From an uncultured virus (IMG/VR IMGVR_UViG_3300029319_000021) (lineage: Duplodnaviria > Heunggongvirae > Uroviricota > Caudoviricetes), in IMG/VR virus record IMGVR_UViG_3300029319_000021: a stretch of DNA of 64,000 nt; one strand, given 5' to 3'. Made by a program: the position numbers and the translations under genes. Of this stretch, positions 28,054-36,094 are shown piece by piece (positions within the stretch are counted from its first letter, which is position 1; each line of letters starts with the position of its first letter). The notes below the pieces were generated by a model. That model saw only the letters and a list, made by a program, of their open reading frames with translations, did no database searches and was not told where the DNA came from.

Positions 28054-28222
28054 TCTAAATAATCAAAATACACCTTCTAACAGAGGTATTGAGTTTATTC
28101 TTAGTGGAGGTAAGAAAAAAAGAAAACCATTTCATATTATATTCGATAATATTGTTTGTTTTTTTAATAAAGAGATAGACATTTATTTTGAATTTTCCTT
28201 AAATATAAGGAACAAAAAATAA
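28007..28222 (+). CDS. Hypothetical protein (start uncertain)
   Basis: Fills the gap after glutaredoxin; TTG start overlaps the upstream gene. Confidence 0.4.
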   Translation: MTQSNTSKNKKLSKTSLNNQNTPSNRGIEFILSGGKKKRKPFHIIFDNIVCFFNKEIDIYFEFSLNIRNKK

Positions 28223-28240
28223 TTTTAAAGGAGGTAACAG

Positions 28241-28465
28241 ATGACCACAGAAATTATGCTAGTCATAGCGTTGCCAATATCTTTTTTATTATTTTGTGCA
28301 GGAGCACTAGGTGGTTGGATTGCACGAGACTACATGATGAACTATCAGGAAATACCACGACCTCACCCTGAAATGTTTGATGAAAATGGGAACTTAGTTC
28401 CAGATGAGGTTATAGCATTCAGATTTGAAAACAATTATGACTACGACGAAGAAGACGAAAACTAA
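28241..28465 (+). CDS. Cyanophage-type membrane-anchored hypothetical protein
   Basis: AGGAGG RBS; N-terminal hydrophobic helix; PHPEMFDENG motif. Confidence 0.75.
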   Translation: MTTEIMLVIALPISFLLFCAGALGGWIARDYMMNYQEIPRPHPEMFDENGNLVPDEVIAFRFENNYDYDEEDEN

Positions 28466-29042
28466 ACCAACAATAACAAGGAAGAAAAAGACTACACCTT
28501 TTGTTATTGATAATTTACCAGCTAGACCTTTAGTATTTGAGGTATTGGATTTAGTATCCCGTTCAAGAAGTAAGGCTAAGAAGATAGAGGTTCTTAAAAA
28601 ATATGATGAACAATCATTAAGAAGAGTTCTTATTTGGAATTTTGATCAATCTATACAGTCAATACTTCCAGATGGACCTGTTCCATATGTTGGATATGAT
28701 GAACAGAATACTTATAATGGTACTCTGACAACAAAACTAACAGAAGAAGTTCGTCAAATGCATGAGACAGGAAATTTTTCTTTAGGTGTAAGTGATCAAC
28801 AAGGTCATACTACTATTCGTAGAGAATCAAAGAATTTTTATCATTTTGTTAAAGGTGGTAATGATGCGATGAGTAATATACGTCGTGAAACAATGTTTAT
28901 TAACATTCTTCAAGGTCTTCATCCACTAGAAGCAGAGATTGTTGTTCTTGCTAAGGATAAAAAGATCTCTGATAAGTATAATGTTACAAGAGAAATAGTT
29001 TCGGAAGCATATCCCAATATTGTATGGGGTGATCAATCATGA
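28437..29042 (+). CDS. Conserved T4-like phage hypothetical protein
   Basis: RRETMFINILQGLHPLEAE motif; ATG at 28437 preferred. Confidence 0.75.
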   Translation: MTTTKKTKTKPTITRKKKTTPFVIDNLPARPLVFEVLDLVSRSRSKAKKIEVLKKYDEQSLRRVLIWNFDQSIQSILPDGPVPYVGYDEQNTYNGTLTTKLTEEVRQMHETGNFSLGVSDQQGHTTIRRESKNFYHFVKGGNDAMSNIRRETMFINILQGLHPLEAEIVVLAKDKKISDKYNVTREIVSEAYPNIVWGDQS

Positions 29043-29380
29043 CTGTTATGAAAGAAGAAAAAAAACAAGAAGAAGTAAAACTCATATGGACAAAAGAAGA
29101 GAAGGAAAAACTACCTGAAAAATATGGCACATCTATTATCGTAGAGAATGGTACATATGAGGAAGTAAGGACAACTCAAGCACCTAATGATGCATATATT
29201 GTTAAGTATGTGTACGAAGGTTCGGTTCGCTATGACCTTACAAGAGGCACTAAGATGTCCTTGTTTGATATGTACTATGATAAACTTAAACAGGGTCTGA
29301 GATCCATAGACTATGGTAAGGGAACAATTAAACCTAATCTCTGGGGTTATAAGACACCATCAAAGAAGAAAAAGAAATGA
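29039..29380 (+). CDS. Cyanophage hypothetical protein
   Basis: ATGA overlap with the upstream gene; FDMYYDK..YG.G...P.LWG motif. Confidence 0.75.
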   Translation: MTVMKEEKKQEEVKLIWTKEEKEKLPEKYGTSIIVENGTYEEVRTTQAPNDAYIVKYVYEGSVRYDLTRGTKMSLFDMYYDKLKQGLRSIDYGKGTIKPNLWGYKTPSKKKKK

Positions 29381-29550
29381 AGTACATTCTTTACAATGAA
29401 AATTTTGAAAAACAAGGTTCTTTTACATCAGTGCAAGAACTAAGAAATTTTCTTTGTGATCGAAAGTATGATATAAGTTGTGATGCAGATTTGTCATGTA
29501 CATTTGACTACATCAAACATATTAAGTGGCACTTTGACATAGCAGAATGA
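29377..29550 (+). CDS. Small hypothetical protein (57 aa, MKYILYNENFEKQGSF...), not in ORF track
   Basis: ATGA overlaps at both ends; read manually. Confidence 0.6.
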   Translation: MKYILYNENFEKQGSFTSVQELRNFLCDRKYDISCDADLSCTFDYIKHIKWHFDIAE

Positions 29551-29735
29551 AACTTCCATCCCTCCAAGATATAGTAAGGAGATATTTTCGTCTTCCCCGT
29601 AAAAAATTATGGATTGCTGCTTTGAAACTTCAAAGGTGGCCAGTAACTTGGTGGGATGAAAAAGTAGAAGAAAGGAGAAAAAAGGAAGAACTCCGTAAAA
29701 AAAGAATAGCAAGTCTTTATCCATCTAAAAAATAA
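29547..29735 (+). CDS. Small basic hypothetical protein
   Basis: ATGA coupling; fills the operon gap. Confidence 0.55.
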   Translation: MKLPSLQDIVRRYFRLPRKKLWIAALKLQRWPVTWWDEKVEERRKKEELRKKRIASLYPSKK

Positions 29736-29737
29736 TT

Positions 29738-30397
29738 ATGGCAGCACTAATTTGTAATTTACCCTCATATGAAGTTTGGGTAAGAAAAGAATATCTTACT
29801 GATCATCAAAGTGGTCATGGAGAATATGTAAAAGGAATCTGGGTATCTGCAAAATCAATACCTGGACGTGCATTTTATTTTGAAACATATTTACCAGAAT
29901 ACGCAGCAATGTTTGATAAATTGCCAATTAGTGCATTCTTATCATCACCAGAAAAACCTGATCCAGATATGGAATTACATAATTTACAATTCTGGAATTG
30001 CATGGACTATGGTGTTGTAGCAGTGCAGAAACAATTTATAGGTTCAATGCATTTTGAAATACTCACAAGAGATTATGGAACACAGACAGGAACATATATT
30101 TGTACTTTAGATCATTATCATCAAGATGTTGATGCAATTGATTATTCTACAAGTGAAAATCCAGCAGAGCACAAGTCATCTAATCTAATAGAATTAGATA
30201 ATGGTCAGTTTGCATTGTATCCTAATAATAGAATGAGAATTTATGATAATAGTTTAACACCAGAACATCCTAAGGATCCTGACTTTAAAGTATCAACAGT
30301 ATACTATCAAGTTGAAAATGGTCATGATCGTGATGGTTTAGGTAATGATGAGAACTATTTTTGGAAAACTGCTAAAGAGACTAGCCACCAAAATTGA
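29738..30397 (+). CDS. Conserved cyanophage hypothetical protein
   Basis: 219-aa ORF; KSIPGRAFYFE and NGQFALYPNNR motifs. Confidence 0.8.
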   Translation: MAALICNLPSYEVWVRKEYLTDHQSGHGEYVKGIWVSAKSIPGRAFYFETYLPEYAAMFDKLPISAFLSSPEKPDPDMELHNLQFWNCMDYGVVAVQKQFIGSMHFEILTRDYGTQTGTYICTLDHYHQDVDAIDYSTSENPAEHKSSNLIELDNGQFALYPNNRMRIYDNSLTPEHPKDPDFKVSTVYYQVENGHDRDGLGNDENYFWKTAKETSHQN

Positions 30398-30456
30398 CTT
30401 TAGTTTTCAAAAATCGGGCAAAAAAATCTCCAGGTATTTTTTGCCTGTAGGGTTTT
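30397..30456. repeat. A-tract/T-tract hairpin element, copy 2
   Basis: CGGGCAAAAAAAT-ctccaggt-ATTTTTTGCCTG with flanks similar to 16943-17004. Confidence 0.65.
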
Positions 30457-30457
30457 C

Positions 30458-30473
30458 TGTAACAGATGTTACA
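30458..30473. promoter_or_regulatory. NtcA-type binding site
   Basis: TGTA-ACAGATGT-TACA matches TGTA-N8-TACA; 7 nt upstream of a -35 box. Confidence 0.65.
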
Positions 30474-30480
30474 CAACTGG

Positions 30481-30509
30481 TTGACTATATACTATACATG
30501 TGTTAGTAT
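30481..30509 (+). promoter_or_regulatory. sigma70-type promoter
   Basis: TTGACT-17 nt-TAGTAT; predicted start ~30516, just before the first aptamer. Confidence 0.7.
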
Positions 30510-30517
30510 TAACACAA

Positions 30518-30745
30518 CGTTCATCCAATGATAGAGATCACACTGCTGGCATCAATCCTTGCTGAACATAATGCTTCCCATTGGGAAATGACTTGTTCAG
30601 AATGGAATCGAAACAGAATTGAGATACTTAGCGATAAGAATCTTAACTCTGATGCTCACGAGTATCTTATAGATTACTTGAGAACTAAAGTGTCAGGACA
30701 GTGTGATCCTTATATCATTGGACGCAAGTAAGCCGACACGGAACG
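30518..30745 (+). ncRNA. Glutamine riboswitch-like aptamer 1 with a ~180-nt ORF-containing P2 loop
   Basis: P1 CGTTC/GAACG; P2 TCCAATGATA (30524-30533) pairs with TATCATTGGA (30713-30722); junction CGCAAGTAAGCCGAC. Confidence 0.65.
30528..30731 (+). CDS. 67-aa hypothetical protein nested in aptamer 1
   Basis: Open frame; hydrophobic N-terminus, two Cys; ATG lies in the P2 5' strand and TAA in the junction. Confidence 0.6.
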   Translation: MIEITLLASILAEHNASHWEMTCSEWNRNRIEILSDKNLNSDAHEYLIDYLRTKVSGQCDPYIIGRK

Positions 30746-30749
30746 GACA

Positions 30750-30797
30750 CGTTCATCTCCTACGGGAGACGCAAATGCCGACTGAAGGAACGGGGCA
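30750..30797 (+). ncRNA. Glutamine riboswitch (glnA / Downstream-peptide family) aptamer 2
   Basis: CGTTCA-TCTCC(TACG)GGAGA-CGCAAATGCCGACTGAAG-GAACG directly upstream of a DUF4278-type ORF. Confidence 0.8.
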
Positions 30798-30825
30798 AAA
30801 ATCCCTACTACTTTGGAGAAAGCCA

Positions 30826-30933
30826 ATGGCACAAGTCACTTATCGTGGTGTTGTTTATGACACCAACAACAAAAAAGCTCAGCAAAAAAAAGAGGTCGAA
30901 CTCACATATCGTGGTATTGCCCACGCTAAGTAA
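30826..30933 (+). CDS. DUF4278-family small protein (35 aa)
   Basis: MAQVTYRGVVY...LTYRG repeated YRG motif; GGAG RBS at 30815-30818. Confidence 0.85.
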   Translation: MAQVTYRGVVYDTNNKKAQQKKEVELTYRGIAHAK

Positions 30934-31025
30934 TGTTAGTAACAGCAGAAATATTAGCAGCATCTGCTATATTTCTAACTATCATTTACGCTGAAGCTAG
31001 ATTCTTGTACGGATACAAGTTCTAA
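30933..31025 (+). CDS. 30-aa hydrophobic peptide (MLVTAEILAASAIFLTIIYAEARFLYGYKF), not in ORF track
   Basis: TAATG coupling to DUF4278; ends just before a terminator. Confidence 0.55.
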   Translation: MLVTAEILAASAIFLTIIYAEARFLYGYKF

Positions 31026-31030
31026 ACTGT

Positions 31031-31062
31031 AAAGAGGGTCTATTGACAGACCCTCTTTTTTT
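31031..31062 (+). terminator. Rho-independent terminator
   Basis: AAAGAGGGTCT-attgac-AGACCCTCTTT plus T run. Confidence 0.85.
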
Positions 31063-31071
31063 GTGTAAAAT
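31043..31071 (+). promoter_or_regulatory. sigma70-type promoter embedded in the terminator
   Basis: TTGACA-17 nt-TAAAAT; CTAAATA follows at 31074-31080. Confidence 0.6.
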
Positions 31072-31093
31072 GTCTAAATACCATATAAAAATT

Positions 31094-31261
31094 ATGGAAC
31101 CGCAAAGAGAACAACTGAAAATGCGACTTAGGCAGGTAGAACTAGCATTAGACGCACTTAAGGCAGAAATTTATTCTGACGTAGATGCGTATTCTACTGT
31201 AAATACCGCAACTAAAGTATTATCTGATTATGATGAAATCTTCGAGGACGATGACGGATGA
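31094..31261 (+). CDS. Small cyanophage hypothetical protein
   Basis: ATG at 31094; LKAEIYSD and DYDEIFEDDD motifs. Confidence 0.7.
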   Translation: MEPQREQLKMRLRQVELALDALKAEIYSDVDAYSTVNTATKVLSDYDEIFEDDDG

Positions 31262-31419
31262 GGCAAAAGCAAATTCTTAAAAATTTGAAAGAGGCACTTA
31301 AACAGGATTATTTGTATAATACTGAAGAACTTTCTTTCATGAAAGAGCAACTTGCCATTTTAGAGGAAGAAGTGTTAAAATCTATAAAAAAGAAACCTGA
31401 GGGATTTGGTAAAAAATGA
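31258..31419 (+). CDS. Small hypothetical protein (53 aa, MRQKQILKNLKEAL...GFGKK), not in ORF track
   Basis: ATGA overlaps on both sides. Confidence 0.65.
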   Translation: MRQKQILKNLKEALKQDYLYNTEELSFMKEQLAILEEEVLKSIKKKPEGFGKK

Positions 31420-32051
31420 ATGTAAAATTTGTGAGTATTACACCTGATGCAGAGAAGACAATGGCATATATTGCCAGAGTGTCAAATCCATCAAATCAGG
31501 AAAATGAGAAATATGCGGGACTTTTGAAATATTGTATTAAGCATAATCATTGGAGTGTTTTCGAACAATCCTCAATGACTTTGGAGATCGAGACGACACG
31601 AGGGTTAGCCGCACAAATTTTAAGACACAGAAGTTTCACATATCAGGAGTTCTCACAGAGATATGCTGACACAAAACTCTTAGATGATAAAATACCCTTA
31701 CCGAAACTCCGCAAACAAGACCTCAAGAACAGGCAAAATTCGACAGATGACTTAGATGAGTTTCTGATACAGGACTTTGAGTTAGAAATGGAGAAGTTGT
31801 TTAATTCTTCAATGAACTTATACAACAGAATGCTCGATAATGGAGTTGCAAAGGAATGTGCAAGATTTGTGCTTCCACTTGCCACACCAACAAGACTGTA
31901 TATGACTGGTTCGTGCCGTTCTTGGGTTCACTACATTAATTTGAGATCTGCACATGGTACACAGAAAGAGCACATGGACATTGCACATAAATGTAGAGAG
32001 ATATTTGTGGAGAAATTCCCGAACGTCTCAGAAGCTCTTGAGTGGGTCTAA
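31416..32051 (+). CDS. thyX: Flavin-dependent thymidylate synthase
   Basis: HWSVFE, RHRSFTYQEFSQRY (RHR-x7-S), ARFVLP, Q.EH motifs. Confidence 0.97.
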   Translation: MNVKFVSITPDAEKTMAYIARVSNPSNQENEKYAGLLKYCIKHNHWSVFEQSSMTLEIETTRGLAAQILRHRSFTYQEFSQRYADTKLLDDKIPLPKLRKQDLKNRQNSTDDLDEFLIQDFELEMEKLFNSSMNLYNRMLDNGVAKECARFVLPLATPTRLYMTGSCRSWVHYINLRSAHGTQKEHMDIAHKCREIFVEKFPNVSEALEWV

Positions 32052-32074
32052 ATAAATTACATTACTTTATAATT

Positions 32075-32323
32075 ATGGCAACATATCCTGTGGTTCACAA
32101 AGAAACTGGTGAACAGAAAGAAGTATCAATGAGTGTTACTGAATGGAATAAATGGTGTGAAGATAATCCTGATTGGAAAAGAGATTGGAGTGATCCATCA
32201 ACTTGTCCAATGGCAACAGAAGTAGGAGACTGGAGAGATAAATTACGGAAAACTAAACCTGGATGGAATGATGTATTGGAAAAAGCACAGACTGCACCTG
32301 GTTCTAAAGTAAAAAAACTCTAA
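32075..32323 (+). CDS. Conserved cyanophage hypothetical protein
   Basis: MATYPV...TGE; GWNDVL motif; typical position between thyX and phoH. Confidence 0.75.
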   Translation: MATYPVVHKETGEQKEVSMSVTEWNKWCEDNPDWKRDWSDPSTCPMATEVGDWRDKLRKTKPGWNDVLEKAQTAPGSKVKKL

Positions 32324-33078
32324 TGGCAAGAAGAAAAAAAGGTGCCGAACAACCGATTGGGGTTGGATTGACGACTAAACAAATGAAAAGAAAAAAACCA
32401 TTGAGTTCTGACTATTTGGTTAATATTGAACCAATTAGTGAGAATCAAAAAAGACTTTTTAATTCATATAAAGAAGGAAAACAGATAGTTGCATATGGAT
32501 GTGCTGGAACTGGTAAAACATTCATCACACTCTATAATGCTCTAAGGGACGTTTTAGATGAAAGCACTCCATATGAAAAAATCTATATTGTACGTTCATT
32601 AGTCGCAACAAGGGAAATTGGTTTCTTACCTGGTGATCATGAAGATAAATCTGACATTTATCAAGTGCCTTATAAGCACATGGTAAAATATATGTTCCAG
32701 ATGTCTTCTGATGCTGATTTTGAAATGTTATATGGAAATCTGAAGGCTCAGGATACAATTAAGTTCTGGAGCACTTCATTCTTGAGAGGAACTACATTAG
32801 ATAATGCGATTGTCATTGTCGATGAATATCAGAATCTTAATTTTCATGAATTAGATTCGATTATTACTCGTATTGGTGAAAATAGTAAAATATGTTTCTG
32901 TGGTGATGCTAGACAGAGTGATTTGATAAAAACTAATGATCGTAATGGTATTGTAGACTTTATGAACATCTTGCGTAAAATGTCATCTTTTGATATAATA
33001 GAATTTGAGATAGAGGACATCGTTCGTTCTGGACTTGTCAAGGAATATATTATTGCAAAAATGGAAGCAGGTATGTAA
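32323..33078 (+). CDS. phoH: PhoH-family ATPase
   Basis: GCAGTGKT Walker A, GFLPG, FLRGTT, DEYQN, GD..QSD, IVRSGLV. Confidence 0.95.
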   Translation: MARRKKGAEQPIGVGLTTKQMKRKKPLSSDYLVNIEPISENQKRLFNSYKEGKQIVAYGCAGTGKTFITLYNALRDVLDESTPYEKIYIVRSLVATREIGFLPGDHEDKSDIYQVPYKHMVKYMFQMSSDADFEMLYGNLKAQDTIKFWSTSFLRGTTLDNAIVIVDEYQNLNFHELDSIITRIGENSKICFCGDARQSDLIKTNDRNGIVDFMNILRKMSSFDIIEFEIEDIVRSGLVKEYIIAKMEAGM

Positions 33079-33758
33079 TGTTTAATCATGTTGATTTGAC
33101 CCTCCCTAAACTTTCTAGGGAGACTATAGATGGAGTTCGTTATTATTCTGTTCCAGATGAAGATGAGTTACTTAAGTTAGTTTCTATTACTTCAGTAACG
33201 AGTCATTTTAATAAAGAAATCTTTATTAATTGGCGTAAGAAGGTCGGTGATCAAGAAGCAGATCGTATCACGAAAGCAGCAACAAGCCGTGGAACTGATA
33301 TGCACACTCTTACAGAGCATTATTTAAAAAATGATGATCTTCCTACCGTTCAACCTATCTCTGATTTTTTGTTTAAAATTGCAAAGGGTGAACTCAATAA
33401 AATTGATAATATTCATGCTCTAGAGGGATCCCTATATAGTAAAGAATTAGGTATTGCAGGAACTGTCGATTGTATTGCAGAATATAATGGTGAACTAGCA
33501 ATAATAGATTTTAAAACATCAAAGAAACCTAAACCAAGAGATTGGGTGGAACACTATTTTGTACAATGTATGGCATACGGTTGTATGTTGTATGAAGTAA
33601 CGGGAATATCCGTAAAAAAACTTGTAATTATCATGGCTTGTGAAAATGGAGAATGTGTAATCTATGAAGAATACGACAAAGCAAAGTACATCAAACTGCT
33701 CGGCAAATATATTAGAAAATTTGTTAGAGATAAATTGGAACTCTATGGAACCGAATAA
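33078..33758 (+). CDS. PD-(D/E)XK exonuclease
   Basis: RGT.MH, AGTVDC, IIDFKTS, Q..AY motifs. Confidence 0.9.
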   Translation: MFNHVDLTLPKLSRETIDGVRYYSVPDEDELLKLVSITSVTSHFNKEIFINWRKKVGDQEADRITKAATSRGTDMHTLTEHYLKNDDLPTVQPISDFLFKIAKGELNKIDNIHALEGSLYSKELGIAGTVDCIAEYNGELAIIDFKTSKKPKPRDWVEHYFVQCMAYGCMLYEVTGISVKKLVIIMACENGECVIYEEYDKAKYIKLLGKYIRKFVRDKLELYGTE

Positions 33759-34005
33759 AGAACTAGAGGAAGCATTAGAAAAGAAATTTCTAACACCTCA
33801 AAAATTTGCTATTGAAATTGAGAATCTTGTTTCTCAAGAAGAAATGAATTATATTGATGCTATCTGTCACTATTGCGAAATCAATGGACTTGAGGTAGAC
33901 TCAATAACGAAATTAGTTTCTAAACCACTCAAAGAAAAATTGAAGTGGGATGCACAGGAACTTAATTTCATGAAAAAAACATCAAGGGCAAAATTACCTT
34001 TATAA
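33745..34005 (+). CDS. gp33: Late promoter transcription co-activator
   Basis: KF..EIE...NYIDAI..YCE..SKPLKEKL; position before gp59; ATG at 33745. Confidence 0.85.
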   Translation: MEPNKELEEALEKKFLTPQKFAIEIENLVSQEEMNYIDAICHYCEINGLEVDSITKLVSKPLKEKLKWDAQELNFMKKTSRAKLPL

Positions 34006-34610
34006 TGAAAGTGACTCCTTTTGAGACTTATCAAACTTATCTTTCGATGAAAAGTCATTTTACTAATCCTAAATATGATTTTTTTAAGTACGGTGGTAAG
34101 TCACGAGCTACTATGGCATCCTTTAATAAAAGAAAGGACAAATATTGGTTCGAAAAAACTTCTAGGAAATATTCTGATCAACAGATCCTAGATTTTCTTT
34201 TAGCAAATTTCGTAACTACAGACAACCCACAAAATTTATGGATTGGAGAAATTATCAATTCTGGCGAAAGAAACTATTCAGAGTGGATGAAACGCAAGCA
34301 GAGTTTAACTTACTTATTCAAAGAACAAAGCAGCGAATTGCTATTCAAAAACGACTTGAACGAAGTATTCGACTGCTCCAAGAGAAAGCATCCCGTAGTA
34401 CTAAAAAAGTATCTGGGTGGAGAGATAAGTTTAGAAACGCTTACGATACTGGAAAAAGTCTTTTCTTTCGTAAAAAACTTTGATAAAAAACTAAAAGACC
34501 CAGTGTGGGAATCCGTAAGTCTAAAAATAAAGAAATACGTTCCCTTCATAAATATTAATGTATTCCACTATAAAAAAATCCTAAAGGAGGTTATTAATCA
34601 TGGCTCTTGA
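34005..34610 (+). CDS. gp59: Helicase loader
   Basis: Y..YL.MK.HF...YDFFKY.G, F.KRKDKYWFEK; synteny. Confidence 0.9.
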   Translation: MKVTPFETYQTYLSMKSHFTNPKYDFFKYGGKSRATMASFNKRKDKYWFEKTSRKYSDQQILDFLLANFVTTDNPQNLWIGEIINSGERNYSEWMKRKQSLTYLFKEQSSELLFKNDLNEVFDCSKRKHPVVLKKYLGGEISLETLTILEKVFSFVKNFDKKLKDPVWESVSLKIKKYVPFININVFHYKKILKEVINHGS

Positions 34611-34791
34611 AAACAGTGAAGTTCTTCAGAATTTAACATTACAACTTGATCAAGTTACAGAGCAACTTAATTCATTAACTAATACTCGTATTCGTTTATT
34701 AGGTGCTATTGAAGTCCTTCAACAAATTGAACAAAGTAAAATTGAAGAAACAAAAGTTTCTGAAACTGATGTAGTGGAGGAAAATGAGTAA
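34600..34791 (+). CDS. Small coiled-coil hypothetical protein
   Basis: AGGAGG RBS; heptad-like sequence. Confidence 0.65.
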   Translation: MALENSEVLQNLTLQLDQVTEQLNSLTNTRIRLLGAIEVLQQIEQSKIEETKVSETDVVEENE

Positions 34792-35113
34792 CTTTTTCGA
34801 TTCTGAAATAATTCAAGAAGAATTGAATGAAATTAATAAACTTCAAGAAGAAGTTTATGGTAAGATACTAAATGTAATGCATCTTACTCCTGAAGAACAA
34901 GTCGAGCATATCGATAAGTTAAGGTTACTATTAGAAAAACAAAAAATTATGTATACCAGATTATCTCTTTCAGATGATCCTGAGGCTCTTAAATTAAAAA
35001 ATCAAATAGAACAATCAGTTGTCGTAATGGGATTCCCACAAGGAACTGATATGAATGTTTTGTTTGATAATATGGATAAAACCATTAATAATTTAAAGAA
35101 GAACGTTGACTAA
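34784..35113 (+). CDS. DUF1825-like cyanophage protein
   Basis: FFDSEIIQEE...KQKIMY.RL.LSDDP motif. Confidence 0.75.
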   Translation: MSNFFDSEIIQEELNEINKLQEEVYGKILNVMHLTPEEQVEHIDKLRLLLEKQKIMYTRLSLSDDPEALKLKNQIEQSVVVMGFPQGTDMNVLFDNMDKTINNLKKNVD

Positions 35114-35134
35114 TTTTTTAATCTTTGTTATAAT
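35106..35134 (+). promoter_or_regulatory. sigma70-type promoter for gp32
   Basis: TTGACT-17 nt-TATAAT. Confidence 0.8.
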
Positions 35135-35173
35135 CTAAACATCCAATTAATCCAATTAATCCGAGGTATCCAA

Positions 35174-36061
35174 ATGTCGTTTGCCAATCTTAAGAAGCAA
35201 TCAAAACTAGGCTCTCTTACACAAAAACTTGTGAAGGAAGTCGAAAAAATGAATAACACTAACGGTAATAATGATGACCGTTTATGGAAATTAGACGTAG
35301 ACAAAAGCGGTAATGGATATGCCGTCATACGTTTTCTTCCTGCTCCCGATGGTGAGGATCTGCCATTTGTAAAACTATACTCCCATGCCTTTCAAGGTCC
35401 TGGTGGTTGGTATATAGAGAATTCTCTGACTACTCTAGGTCAGAAGGATCCTGTTTCTGAGTACAATACTACTCTATGGAACAATGGCACAGATGCAGGT
35501 AAAGATGCTGCTCGTAGACAGAAGCGTAAGCTTACATACATCAGTAACATCTATGTCGTGAAGGATCCTGCAAATCCTGAGAACGAAGGTAAAGTATTTC
35601 TATACAAGTATGGGAAGAAAATCTTTGACAAACTTACTGCAGCAATGCAACCTGAGTTTGAGGACGAAGAAGCAATTGATCCATTTGATTTCTGGCAAGG
35701 TGCAAACTTCAAATTGAAGGCAAAGAACGTTGCTGGTTATAGAAATTATGACTCTTCTGAGTTCACTGCTGTCACTCCATTATTGGATGACGATGATGCA
35801 CTCGAAGCACTCTGGAAGAAAGAAAGTTCTCTTCATGAGTTTGTGGCTGCTGATCAGTTCAAGTCTTATGATGAATTGAAGAAGCGTCTTGGTTATGTTC
35901 TTGGTAATAAGACAACTGCAGTTCGTGAAGATGTAGAAACTGTTGATGAAGATGACAATCGTGGTTCAGCAGAACAATTAGTTTCTGCTGCTGTGTCAAC
36001 AGCACCTACTGAAGACGATGATGATACATTATCATATTTTGCTCAACTGGCATCAGAATAA
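35174..36061 (+). CDS. gp32: Single-stranded DNA-binding protein
   Basis: DDRLWK...GNGYAVIRFLP, WYIENSLTT, NYDSS, acidic C-terminal tail. Confidence 0.97.
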   Translation: MSFANLKKQSKLGSLTQKLVKEVEKMNNTNGNNDDRLWKLDVDKSGNGYAVIRFLPAPDGEDLPFVKLYSHAFQGPGGWYIENSLTTLGQKDPVSEYNTTLWNNGTDAGKDAARRQKRKLTYISNIYVVKDPANPENEGKVFLYKYGKKIFDKLTAAMQPEFEDEEAIDPFDFWQGANFKLKAKNVAGYRNYDSSEFTAVTPLLDDDDALEALWKKESSLHEFVAADQFKSYDELKKRLGYVLGNKTTAVREDVETVDEDDNRGSAEQLVSAAVSTAPTEDDDDTLSYFAQLASE

Positions 36062-36067
36062 TATAAC

Positions 36068-36094
36068 AAAGGGGTCGTTAAGACCCCTTTTTTT
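36068..36094. terminator. Intrinsic terminator between convergent genes (possibly bidirectional)
   Basis: AAAGGGGTC-gttaa-GACCCCTTTTTTT. Confidence 0.85.

Noticed and set aside
30703..30933. 76-aa ORF from the track
   Set aside because: The 5' part runs through the riboswitch aptamers; ATG 30826 has a GGAG RBS and gives a typical DUF4278 peptide
32042..32323. Pho box upstream of phoH
   Set aside because: No convincing tandem direct repeat with 11-nt spacing; phoH is translationally coupled to the upstream gene
33078..33758. Cas4 as part of a CRISPR system
   Set aside because: PD-(D/E)XK exonuclease in its usual phoH-gp33 context; no array or other cas genes
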